This document shows positions 1 to 11,897 of a stretch of DNA of 64,000 nucleotides, one piece after another. The notes below the pieces were generated by a model. It did not search any database and was not told the origin of the DNA. It saw only the letters and a list, made by a program, of their open reading frames with translations. How positions within the stretch are numbered: the first letter of the stretch is position 1; every line of letters begins with the position of its first letter. The DNA lies in the NCBI RefSeq assembly GCF_902652985.1, contig NC_047024.1:24118001-24182000 (forward strand), read 5' to 3'. Origin of the DNA: Pecten maximus. Lineage: Eukaryota. Position numbers and translations under genes: made by a program.

Positions 1-180
1 TATTATGGTTGAGTGACATAAGAAAGGGAGACAACTTACTTGTAGCGGCCATATTTATTGTAGTTGCCATCAACTACTTTATGAACTATATGAACTAGTC
101 TTTGTAACCATTTATAATCTTTGTAAATCATAATTATGATTTATCATGGGAGAGTGACATAAAGGGGAAGGACAACTTAC

Positions 181-245
181 TTGTAGCGGCCATATCCATT
201 GTAGTCGTTATAACCATTCATGTTCCTTGGTGTTACACCTGGCAT
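181..245 (-). CDS. First coding exon of an unidentified gene that continues beyond the left edge (MPGVTPRNMNGYNDYNGYGRY...)
   Basis: Minus-strand exon 265-181 is bounded by ttttgtag| and |gtaagt. All three frames contain stops except the one starting at ATG 245 (ACAATG context, in-frame TAG just upstream). Protein not recognised. Confidence 0.6.
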
Positions 246-2882
246 TGTCTGCCAGCCACCCTAACCTACAAAACGTAAAAATAGCTTTTCATGTTTCCTT
301 CCAGAACACAATGATTCATTTAAATAAATACAAAACGTGAAATGTGATGAACAAACAAATAAATCATAGTTTAAAATCACACAAATGACAATTGCTCCAC
401 ATCACAAACCTCTCGCTATAGCCCACCTACAAAACAAACTTGTATTTAAAAATGCAATCTAAATTTCGTAAGGATACAACAGTGAGTTGTAAGCATGACT
501 CAGGAGTTCAAAAACTGAGTACTGTAGTGTTAAGTCAACATACAATCTGAATTAATCCCAGAATGTCCCAACTGTCTTGGATGTCTCTTAACACACAAAC
601 GCATTGATCACTTAATTAATGGTAAGTAAATTCATACTCCAGTACCGAGTCCTACACTTATCTGAGACAATTAATACCAAATTGGCATTTACACATAATT
701 ATGTTGACTGCAACGAATGCCACTTTATAATAAATTGGTTTCCAAAAACATATATTGAAAAATATTTTCCTAAACAAATACTCTTAATATATTATTTAAT
801 ATGCAGTTAAATGTCGAGTACTTCCTGATTGGTAAAAATTGCTCCACGACTACACTTTTTAAACTTATCTTTACTTATATATATATATATATATATACTA
901 ATATCTTGAGCATTTCAAATGTACTACAATGTACTAATATATAAATAATGGATCCAATGTGTTCACAGGAATACAGTCCCTACTGTGATCGTTATGCCAA
1001 CATTCCAGGTGTGTTTGCAGTACGTGTTATTCAGGTAGATATATATATATAAATACAAAAAACCCAGTGTAAGCTCCCAGTAAAGTTGCAGGATAGGTTA
1101 AGTTCATAAAATGGTATATATATTTCAGGTAGGTACTGGGTAAAAGAAGAAATTGCATGACAGAGACGCTTATGTACACGGAATACACTGGGTACAGTAA
1201 AAATCAATAATGTGTATTTTGGCGACGGATTCAGGAAGTTAAAATCAAAGTGGGTACATTAAAGACATGCACAACGCCTTACAATTACATATCACTGCAC
1301 GATTTAATAAAGAATTGTCAATAGAATCGATATAACCGGGAACAAAAAATCCCCCACAAATCCAATACAGTTGTGTCGTCAATGTTATTCTGTGTCTAGG
1401 TGATTGACAGGTGTTAATATTGTATACATATCAATCAGAGAATTCTATATGCCAAAGACAAGAATTCAGTTCTATATGCCCCACCTGCTCTGCTTTAATG
1501 TAAGTTTTAAACAAACTCAAAAATTCACTAGAATTTATGTATTTTGTCCCCAAAAAAGTCACATTAAATAAATAAGTGAATATGTTGAATGTATGCAATA
1601 ATAATTGATGCAATTGCAAAACCTAAAATGCAAATTTAGAGAAATCATTAATTCTCAAAACAAAATTCACCTAAACTAAATATGTTTTTCACCCAAAAAT
1701 ATCACTTCCTCCACATAACCTCAGAAGTAATAAGAAAACCTTATGAAGCACATGTACAGGGGCCAGCTTCCCTGCAATCGCACCCGATTATTTTTATGTC
1801 ACTGGATCGAAGAGTATTTAATCCTGGATCATATTCTCCAAATGATCCTTTCGTGATAAAGTGCACTAGATATGATTTAACTATGTCAAGTATGTTAAGT
1901 TAGGACTATTATTTTCGAGCAACAGATCTAATTGCAAAACTTCATAAAATGAGGACTGATCAGCCACCAGAAAATAAAATTGACGAAAGATAATACCAAA
2001 AAAGATTTGTTTTGTAAACCTTCAAATATTATTCTAAACTTGCATGATTTTTTTTATAAGGTAAGCTTTACCTGTAAAAAGTACAGGTAATTATGCTGTA
2101 CATACAAGTAAATAAAATCAATATTTAGTCAGTTGTGTTGTTGTAATTGCCAATAAAAAATATGTGTCAGTAATAATGCTGTTCACATATATGTATTAAT
2201 TAATTATTAACCAAATCAATTAGCATATATTATAATAACAAGTTGCCTTATCCCATCTCAAGATTGTGGTAAAGTATACCTACCAATATGTACCATTAAT
2301 AGTTGACCAGTATTTCAATGGACTTACACTGCCACATCAGACTCATATATAATTTCTGTATATAAATGATTCATGGAGTTTAAATTTTCTCAAAAATATT
2401 TAAGGTGCAGCTGAGTTTCATTAGATTTGCCCAGACTTATCAATAGAGACATTATTTTGTGGTATGCCCATGCACTGATCAGCCTCTGACATACTTGAGG
2501 CTGGCTATTAGCCACAGGTGTGTCACACTGTACAGGTAAGACTCCAGGTAATTAACGATATACACCATCAGATAACAAGTGGCTGAGGGGCAGGGTTCAT
2601 CTCTTCTGAGGTCACACTACCAAGGGAGTCACTTTTACATGTGACAGCTCCTTATGGCTTCATTTATACACAACTGAGGTCTACCAAGATCTATTGCCCA
2701 TCAAAAGGTCTTAATGTGTTCCGAGTTAGCTTTATATGTACTCCTCAGCTGGGTTAATCAAGCCAGCACATCATTTTAGATATTACTACCAGTACCAACT
2801 GCAATGTAAGTTATAAGTATAGGATATGGAGTGGAACCTAACAAAGTCAGCCAATACATGATTTGTTTGGGGTGGGGTTGGG

Positions 2883-3424
2883 GAGGTACGGACAAAAGCC
2901 CCCCCGGACATTAGCCCCTAGGACAAAAGCCCCTTCACACTAATCAAAAAGTGGACAAAAGTCCCTTCATAAAAAAAATGATATTTATTTTTTTATGATT
3001 TTTAATTGCTACATATACATATGTCATCAGTGGCTTCGCCAATGTAAACAACCGGTTCCAACAACAACTACTTGAACTGTTACATAAATAATAAGCTGTT
3101 ACACAATATTTGCAGTATATTAGGAAGTCAAAAATTATGTGTAATCAGTGACAATTTGTTCATTGTGGAGAGCTTTCCTGATTTTTTTTTCTTACTTAAT
3201 AACATAAAGTTTGAAAGAATAAATTATGATGTTTAACCACAGACATATAATGCTACACTGACATTGAACTAAGGACCTTCATTTTCCACACAATTATTCT
3301 CCAAATTTCAGAGATAAAAACAACAATATATATATTTAGTTTCTGTTTTTCAAAAGTACAGATTCATATAAAGTATACCAGCTAAATTCATAAAGAAGGG
3401 GCTTTTGTCCAGGGGGGCTAATGT

Positions 3425-3455
<31 letters not shown>

Positions 3456-3545
3456 CTTTCGTCCGGAGGGGCTTTTGTCCTAGGGGCTAATGTCCGGGGG
3501 GGCTAATGTCCGGGGGGGGGGGGGGGGGGCTTTTGTCCTACACTC
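2883..3545. mobile_element. Non-autonomous foldback/MULE-like DNA transposon (MITE)
   Basis: Imperfect terminal inverted repeats (GAGGTACGGACAAAAGCCCC... / ...GGGGCTTTTGTCCTACACTC) are built from GGACAAAAGCCCC and GGACATTAGCCCC subrepeats. A 9-bp TSD GGGGTTGGG lies at 2874-2882 and 3546-3554. Confidence 0.75.
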
Positions 3546-5429
3546 GGGGTTGGGGGTTGTTGTTGTTGTAAATTTTCACCTTTGCACCTGTATTTAGACA
3601 ATGATCATGGCACTTTGTGTGTTCTTGATCTTAAGAACTACTTTTGCCACTCTTTTATAGTTGGATTTTACTTCCTTGTTACCTTAACACCAGACATTAA
3701 ATCACAAATCTGCATGTATATACCTGTCTCACACGTAACAAGCAGTATTATATGTGTATATATATATTAACACTATCATAACTAACACATTATTACATGC
3801 ATAGGGAAGCAATATTGTGTGAAGTGTCCTTTATGATAATGATAATCTATGACAGGTATAAACGTTAAGGTCAATTAAACTGGGGAATGGAAGAAACTGA
3901 ATAAGAAACATAGATCATTATACAGTTTCAAGCAGATTACAAAAATTAACATGATTTAACACATCCATCTCAATGTATCATCTCAATGTATCATCTAGAT
4001 ATGTTTGGAAATCCTGTTCAATTTATCAAACTTTATCTGTATAAATATATGCATCAAATTTGATATTTAATAATTGAGTATATGCAGTAAATTTGATATT
4101 TAAAAATAAAGATTTTCATTTCCATCTTAGAGACAAGTTTTAGTATTTCATAACAATACTAGCGAATTACCCTAATTAGCACTGACAGAAAGTAGGTCAA
4201 AGGACAAACAATAGTCATGTCCTGTTTAACTCCAATGTATTTTTGTATGTACTTCATCACAAACCAATGAAATATAGGCCGATATCTCCCCCTGTTTTTT
4301 AAATCGCATATTGTCATGCTTGACTAAGCATGGAGTATGCTCACCTTTTATTTATTGTATATAAACATACGTTGACTTAAGGTTGAATTTTACAACCACA
4401 CACAAGTCTTCCATTCTATCTCTTATATATCATAAACAGTTAAAAAAAAACTCACAATATGAGCACAAGCTATATAGCTGGAGGTGCATATGGACTAAAT
4501 TCTTGAAGTTCTTTAAGCTATTTTGTTTTAAGGAAATACAAATATTTCTTATCTAGGAACACAAATACTCTTATTTTAATGTTCATTTACATAAAAAACA
4601 AATTATCATGTACACTAAATATTCCTTACACCTGACCAGATTAACATATATATGTATTGTATTGGTATACTACATGACTGCGTACCTCGTAATATATATA
4701 TATATATTATACAAGAACTGTTCTATGTATACATCTATATGGAGTAGTTCATCTAAGAATTTCAAATCTTGTAGCATTGCATGAATAAATTATCATCTGA
4801 TATTCATTGGATACCTGTGTAATTATAAACGGAGCTTGAAAGTAATTTATAACCTGCACAAAATTTCCTTATATAGTGAACATTTATCAGTAGGGTATCT
4901 ATAGCAGACATGCAAACATTTAATTCAATCTAAAAATTAAATGAAAACATTGAAATTAAATCTTGTTGACATTAAATCAACTTGTAAACCTACATAAATT
5001 GAAATTTCCAAAAGCTTAATTAATAAATATTGATATTAGAAGTGTTTGAAGAATTCAAAGAGAGCTAGGCTCCAGAGATTTTATGGGTACCCTGGAAGAT
5101 CACAAACAAATATTATGTATACCGTACTTGGTGTAGAATTTCACAAAATTTTAGGATTTGAGAATTCTAAACTTATCCTGTGCATCCAAATTATAATATT
5201 TCCAAGTCAACTACCATTTGATAAATGTGATAATAAACACTACATTGTGACTTATACAAAGCGATGACATGACATTATTTTATGTCCAAAAGATAGGGAA
5301 ATAAATCTGTGGGCCTATAGCTATCTGGTAGTTTATTTTTTGTTGTATAGTTACAATAGTTTTATTTTACCAAAGTACAAAATCAAATTGTGAACATGAC
5401 TAAGTTGAGTGAGATATTGTAGATTTGTA

Positions 5430-5975
5430 TTGTTTAATATTGAATTTTTCAACAGCTACGGTCATTAAAGGATGGTATCCCCAGTGTGGAAGATGCGCGA
5501 GGTGAATGTGTTGGTGTTACGAGAGATTGAGATATGTATTTGTTTGTCTCCTTGTCTAATATGATAGTGAATAGCATAGGACTGCATGACAATGTTACAC
5601 CATATGTAAACTTTATATATTTTACAACAATTGCGAAACAATTTATATAAACTTATATTAATCATGCTTGTTGGCCCGGATGGAAGCACGCGAAGGGTCT
5701 TACTGTGGGAGGAAACCGGAGTACCCGGGGAAAACCCACATGGTCAGGCAGGTAACCCCATACCTTTTCACGTCCAATTGGGGAATCGAACCACGGCCGC
5801 CTACATGAAAGACAAGTGTGTTACCACTGTGCCACCGACCATCCTATGCATGGTTAATAGTGTGACCTCACTGAAGTATACTGACAAAGACACCCAACAG
5901 GACACCCCAAACGGTCAAATTATACTGACAATGGGCGAACCAGTCATCCCACTCCCACAAATGCACTAGTGCTTA
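5430..5975 (-). mobile_element. Degenerate SINE copy (same family as 9961-10469), interrupted by a second SINE
   Basis: 5853-5955 is the reverse complement of about 10200-10300, and about 5445-5480 matches the reverse complement of the 10410-10445 tail. Confidence 0.65.
5606..5844 (-). mobile_element. tRNA-derived SINE with V-domain-like core
   Basis: Minus strand shows A box TGGCACAGTGG, B box GGTTCGATTCC and core GTGGGTTTTCCCCGGGTACTCCGGTTTCCTCCCAC. A second copy is at 19558-19785. Confidence 0.75.
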
Positions 5976-7371
5976 GCAGAATTCAGAGCCTTCCTCAGAG
6001 ACAAATGCTGAAGTGAAGACCAAAATCATGAATGGAGAACATGGATCAATTTTTTCTGCTCTATTTCCAAGTCAAAATTATAGATTTGAAAATATACACC
6101 ATTTTGAGGTGTGAAGAAAGCAGATAACAGTGTGGGTGGTTTAAGTTATTTCAGTTATGTATAAAACATTGTTCTTAATTATATCAATTAGACTGTCATT
6201 AGAAGACACCATCACTTCTATGTTTTTTTCAGCTATAAGATATTACTTGAAAAAAGTTTTGATATGAAACATGTAGACACTGTTTTATATATCTATATCA
6301 ACTCATAAACTTAAACTACTTTCCATACATCAGTCCATGATTATCGAAAATGTACACTAGTAAGTGACTTTAAAGCAAAGACATAATCTGTAACTCGTGT
6401 CCAATCGGATAAAGCAACTGATAGAGCTATGTGTAAATGCAGCTCTATTTAACTTGTAAACATTCACATATTATAATATAAGGAGTCGTCATATCTGTAT
6501 CAATGGTTGATGTTTATTCATTGATTAAACTAATTCATTAGTCATGTTATCGATTAGATATATGTACACCTGGAAGGTTTTCTGTATTCATTGATGATGC
6601 TGAATTATCTGTTACTGAACCAATAAATATATACTTTTTATGAGAAAATGTGCAATTCTATTCATTCTTTATTATACCATTATTTTTCCATGTATAGCTT
6701 ATATAATCGAATGTTTGAGCTTCAATTAAATGCTTTTTTTTTTTGATAAAATAATTTAACTGGTAAACGACAACTATCAGAGCATGAATTATGGTAGTAA
6801 TAGTATTGCTGAATGAATGGAATGTACCTGGTAGTGCATGACTTCTTATATATTGTTAAATACCTTACAATATATATATGTCAGCTATGCAGTGCCAGGA
6901 AAAAAAATGTGCATGCATTTCGGCAGGTATGACGGTAGTCACAGACTGCATGTAAATGTGTAAATACGGGACCAACCAAAGCCCTGGGGGTATAGCAGTT
7001 TATATGTAACCTGTCAGTTAATCACCATGGTCCACACCCTAACACGATAATTCGTTCATGACGGACACACCTGTGTAAAATTGTATGAAATTTAAGAACA
7101 CACGTGTGTTTTTTATTCACTGCCAGCTGAATACGACAAGGAGAATATACACACAATGTAATCATTTGGCTTGTTAATATTAAGATCCTTCACTCGCACG
7201 ACAGAAACATTTATCAACATCGCTCTACCTTCGTAATTATTATAATAAACTTGACGGCCTTGGTAAAACTTCGCCAAACATGGCGGAAAACGTCGGGTTG
7301 CTCCCCAAAACATATGCATTTGACAGAACGAAAATGAATATTACAGGCAGTCAAACAAGAAATTTACTTAC

Positions 7372-7500
7372 CTAGAAATTATTTATCCTGTCAGTGGGCA
7401 GAAATGATCCAGAGATATGACTTTAGCGGTGTCAACTCCGATAACACACGATAAACGCAATCGTGTGTTCTTCTGTTGGGAGTGGTTGTATACAGCTGTT
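7372..7500 (-). other. Probable non-coding 5' UTR exon of the leftward gene
   Basis: Strong donor AG|gtaagt at 7372/7371 on the minus strand, beside a CpG-richer promoter-like region. The 5' boundary is approximate. Confidence 0.35.
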
Positions 7501-7659
7501 ACGAAATCAAACACCCCCTCAATTTTTGTAATAATAATTATCGAAGTTTAGTATATGGGCAACCAATGCTACCAATTCTTAATGGGATATTTACAAACAA
7601 CTTAATTATGATTTATAAGTCTTGTTTGTATTATCTAAGCGTCAATATACATTGAAATA

Positions 7660-7800
7660 GGCGACGGGCCAGAGGCACACCTATGTAAACTAAACTGTCG
7701 GAACAGCCACTTCGCTTTGCATTTGATCACATGACGTCTAAAATGGCGGACGATGCGAGCAGAATGTAAACATTGCATCAGATGTCCCACGTGTTTCACA
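7660..7800. promoter_or_regulatory. Promoter-like CpG-richer patch with E-box/CRE-like TCACATGACGT and YY1-like AAAATGGCGG
   Basis: Motifs at about 7727-7750; local CpG enrichment in an otherwise AT-rich background. Confidence 0.3.
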
Positions 7801-8980
7801 CAGAGACCGAATTTATCTTACTTTTTCAATTTATATGATTGTTACCGAAAACTTAAAATTGATGACAGAGACATGCATGTACATATTGATTATGGTATGT
7901 ATGTATGAACTGAAGAGGCACACTTGCAGGGATCTGTGTTTATGCCATTATGGTGATATATATGAGCAAAATAAGACATATTTCATGTATCCAATCAACG
8001 GGAAAATAAAAAAAAAGTCACCCTCACTCCTTCACTTGTGGTCTTACAACATAAATATAACTAGCATATATCGTGTGGTATTTTTTCAACATTACTTTTG
8101 AAAAATGATAATGAAACAAAATAAACAAGCAAGCAAAACCTTAAAACCATATTATAGTGGGTTTATTTATTTATTTTTTCACAAAGTAATCAGTGATCAA
8201 AACCATTGATTTGCATATTTGGACATAGGCCTACATGATCTATAATAAATGCCCTAACTTGACCGTATATACGTTAGTATTATAGCAAAAAACAATGCAA
8301 GCGGAATTTGCCTATTTGGAACAATGACATTGTTTAATATGACAGTTTCTTTATTCTTTATATCAAAGACATAATATTCAAGCGTTATATGACGTCAGCC
8401 GAAGACGTTCCATGCATGATGGGACCACTGATGATCGTTTTTATAGTGCCGTCACACTGAAATGTCATACCAGTAACGGCCGTATAGTGGCATATATAAC
8501 TCGGGCATAGCATTAAAAAGTAGTTTGGCAATTGAGTGGAAACACATTTCTCTAATTTTGCAGGAAATCAGTCGCTTCTGCCCACATAACTCATTCAGCA
8601 GTCTGCAGAATGTTCCGACACTATCTCCACTTATTTGCAAATGCAATGGATCAAGGTTGGTGTTTCTTTCTTCTCTTTTAATAGATATGAATTTATTATG
8701 TCAAACCAAATGACGGTTGACGCTCAGCGGAACAGACATAGAAGTTTGTTGTTAATGTCCTTAATAATATGTATATCATAACATTCACCAAAAAATCAAA
8801 GCGCACATGTATAATACTTTTTTTGTACCATCTAATTAAAATTGGACTTGTAATTTACGTTCCTCTACGATACATTGCACTTGTTAGATCTTGCATTGCA
8901 GTGTATGGTAGAGGAATGGAAATTACAAGTCTACTTTTAATTAGATAGCTGTATAATATAGCATGTACAACAACACACTT

Positions 8981-9772
8981 GTGTATTGGTACGACAACAC
9001 ATCTGTGTATTGGTATGACAACACATCTGTGTATTGGTATAACAACACATCTGTGTATTGGTACGACAACACATCTGTGTATTGGTACGACAACACATAT
9101 GTGTATTGGTACGACACCACATCTGTGTATTGGTACGACAACACATCTGTGTATTGGTACGACAACACATCTGTGTATTGGTACGACAACACATCTGTGT
9201 ATTGGTACGACAACACATCTGTGTATTGGTACGACAACACATCTGTGTATTGGTACGACAACACATCTGTGTATTGGTACGACAACACACCTGTGTATTG
9301 GTACGACAACACACCTGTGTATTGGTACGACAACACATCTGTGTATTGGTACGACAACACATCTGTGTATTGGTACGACAACACATATGTGTATTGGTAC
9401 GACAACACATATGTGTATTGGTACGACAACACATCTGTGTATTGGTACGACAACACATCTGTGTATAGGTACGACAACACACCTGTGTATTGGTACGACA
9501 ACACACCTGTGTATTGGTACGACAACACACCTGTGTATTGGTATGACAACACATCTGTGTATTGGTACGACAACACACCTGTGTATTGGTACGACAACAC
9601 ACCTGTGTATTGGTACGACAACACACCTGTGTATTGGTACGACAACACATATGTGTATTGGTACGACAACACATCTGTGTATTGATACGACAACACATCT
9701 GTGTATTGGTACGACAACACATATGTGTATTGGTACGACAACACATATGTGTATTGGTACGACAACACATCT
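8981..9772. repeat. 24-bp minisatellite, about 33 copies (GTGTATTGGTACGACAACACATCT)
   Basis: Direct tandem repeat with CATCT/CACCT/CATAT variants and no spacers. Confidence 0.97.
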
Positions 9773-9960
9773 GGGTTCCGGGTTCGATCCCTGGAAGAAG
9801 CATTGAAATTAATTTAATGTCTCAAGATCTCAGTTACAGAGTTATCAGTATCCTTTATTTCATATCAACTCGATCCATACACTAGCTCTTATTCTAGATG
9901 ATGTTTATTAAAACTTTAGAAATCTGAAATGTGATCCAAATAAACAAATGATCTCCTAAT

Positions 9961-10469
9961 GGGCTGCCCTGCAGGTAGGGCGTAAGAATTGTACCTGATG
10001 CCCCCATGGCATGATCGGAAGAGGCGACTAAATTTGGGATCTTATCTTTTCTCTTCTTTCTGAACAACTTTCTTCTTCCTAATGTCTCCCTTGACAATGC
10101 CTCACTTTTGGTCTTAAGTTGAGCGTTCGCCCCTGTGAGGAAGGCTTTGCGTTCTGTCCCCTGGCCGAGATATACCAGAGTAATTAAAAATGGTAGTAGG
10201 AGTGGGACGACTGGTTCGCCCGTTGTCAGTATAATGGGACCGGGTGAGGTATATCCTGCTGGGTGTCTTTTGCAGTATGCTTCAGTGAGGTAGCACTATA
10301 AATCGGCAAAAGATCCGGCCTATCACAAGGAGACTTAACACGAACATACCGCAGCCTCCCAAAACACACATACACACTCACCACACGCATGCATATCGCA
10401 AAGACGGGAGGCTGTCCTTTAATGACCTTAGCTGTTAATAGGACGTTAAACAAATAAAACCAAACCAAA
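9961..10469 (+). mobile_element. Apparently full-length SINE-like retroelement
   Basis: 3' tail GCTGTTAATAGGACGTTAAAC(AAACC)n; flanking near-perfect TSD ATCTCCT(A/G)ATGGG at 9951-9963 and 10470-10482; degenerate tRNA-like segment at about 10110-10170; homologous fragment at 5430-5975. Confidence 0.75.
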
Positions 10470-11897
10470 ATCTCCTGATGGGTCTAAATATGTTGTTTGC
10501 TTCATTTACTGCTTCCTGTATATATATCTACCAACACCCTTGCCGATGGGTTGAATTTTGTAATTTGTTCAAATCTTCCTGAAGCGATTTGTAATATTTT
10601 TGTATCATATGCAAACAAAAATGTTTTATATTTTGTATTGACTGGCAAACTATCGATGTAAATGACAAATAAAACTGGCCTTAGTACGCCTCCATGGGGA
10701 TTGCTTTGACTGCCGAATTTTGTTTTGACGCAGTTTCATCAATATAACCATAGCATTTTTTTTAATTATTATTAATCTTCAGTGCGGAATATTGTCGGAA
10801 AAAGTTTTCACGAAATCCATGCACACGTACTAAGACAATCTCCCCACCCTTTTCCAATATTTCAGTACACTTTTCTAGAACCACTATTAGCTGCAGCAAC
10901 GTACGTTGAACGTTTTGAGATGGAGGTTTGTTTATTATTGAAACTGTTTTTCCACATGTGTAACAACGTAACATTGCACTTCAAAGACATTTATATTTAT
11001 TCAGTTAATAATGCGAACAAAGATTTTTTTTCTGAACTTTAAAATGTAATGTTTGTAGATCTATAAACACGTTCGATGATATCAGGACAAATAAACGGAG
11101 TTAAACTGTCGATTGAAAGAAAGAATATACGCTATACAGTGTATACATGTATATATGCATCCTTTTTATTAAAAAATAAATTTAAAAAAAATACACATTT
11201 TACAATTAATGATTATTATAGCACCGTCTTAAAGTTCGGACTTCTCTTTTTGATGTTTTTTTTTCAATTGTTTGTCAACGTCCTATTTACAGTTATCAGT
11301 TTTTATAAATTTTATATATACATGTATTTCTATACTGCGTGTGCTATGTTGTATGCATTTTGTGACGAGAAGTGTATACGCTGTCGCCGGTATAGCATCT
11401 TTAACTAATCAATTTTTCTTATTTTCTTATTTACTCTTTATGTAGTTAGTTTGCTCATGAATGATTTTTCAATAAATTTCACTTTTGAGAATGATTTTGT
11501 ATTTATAAGAAAGAACTCATCAAAATGAACTCAACGTAAGCATATATTGTGATAAACAAATAACAAATAAACGGTATTGATATCCTCATTTTCTTAACAT
11601 TTTTTCAGTAGCAGCAGCAGCAACAAGAATTTCCATAATCAAATTCTTCGTCAGGTCCTGAACTGTAACAGTTAATCAGTAAGAGATCGGACGAGTTATG
11701 TACCCTTGCATCGAGATGATAAAACATACGTGTGACCATGATCTATTGTACACGTGTTTCGATGACGCAAAGCACATCAGGTTCCAAATTGTGACAGCTT
11801 GTCAGTAGAAGATTACGTGTTAAAGGAAGAAAGACAAAAATCAAGCAGGTCAACAACACAAACCAATAGGCCCAGAGCAATTATATAATAAATCAAG

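Noticed and set aside
8937-9885. Six overlapping long ORFs (CCRTNTQM, VYWYDNTS, CIGTTTHL repeats and others) and a CRISPR-like appearance
   Set aside because: The 24-bp unit has no stop codon in any frame, so the ORFs are automatic. There are no unique spacers, no cas genes, and the context is eukaryotic.
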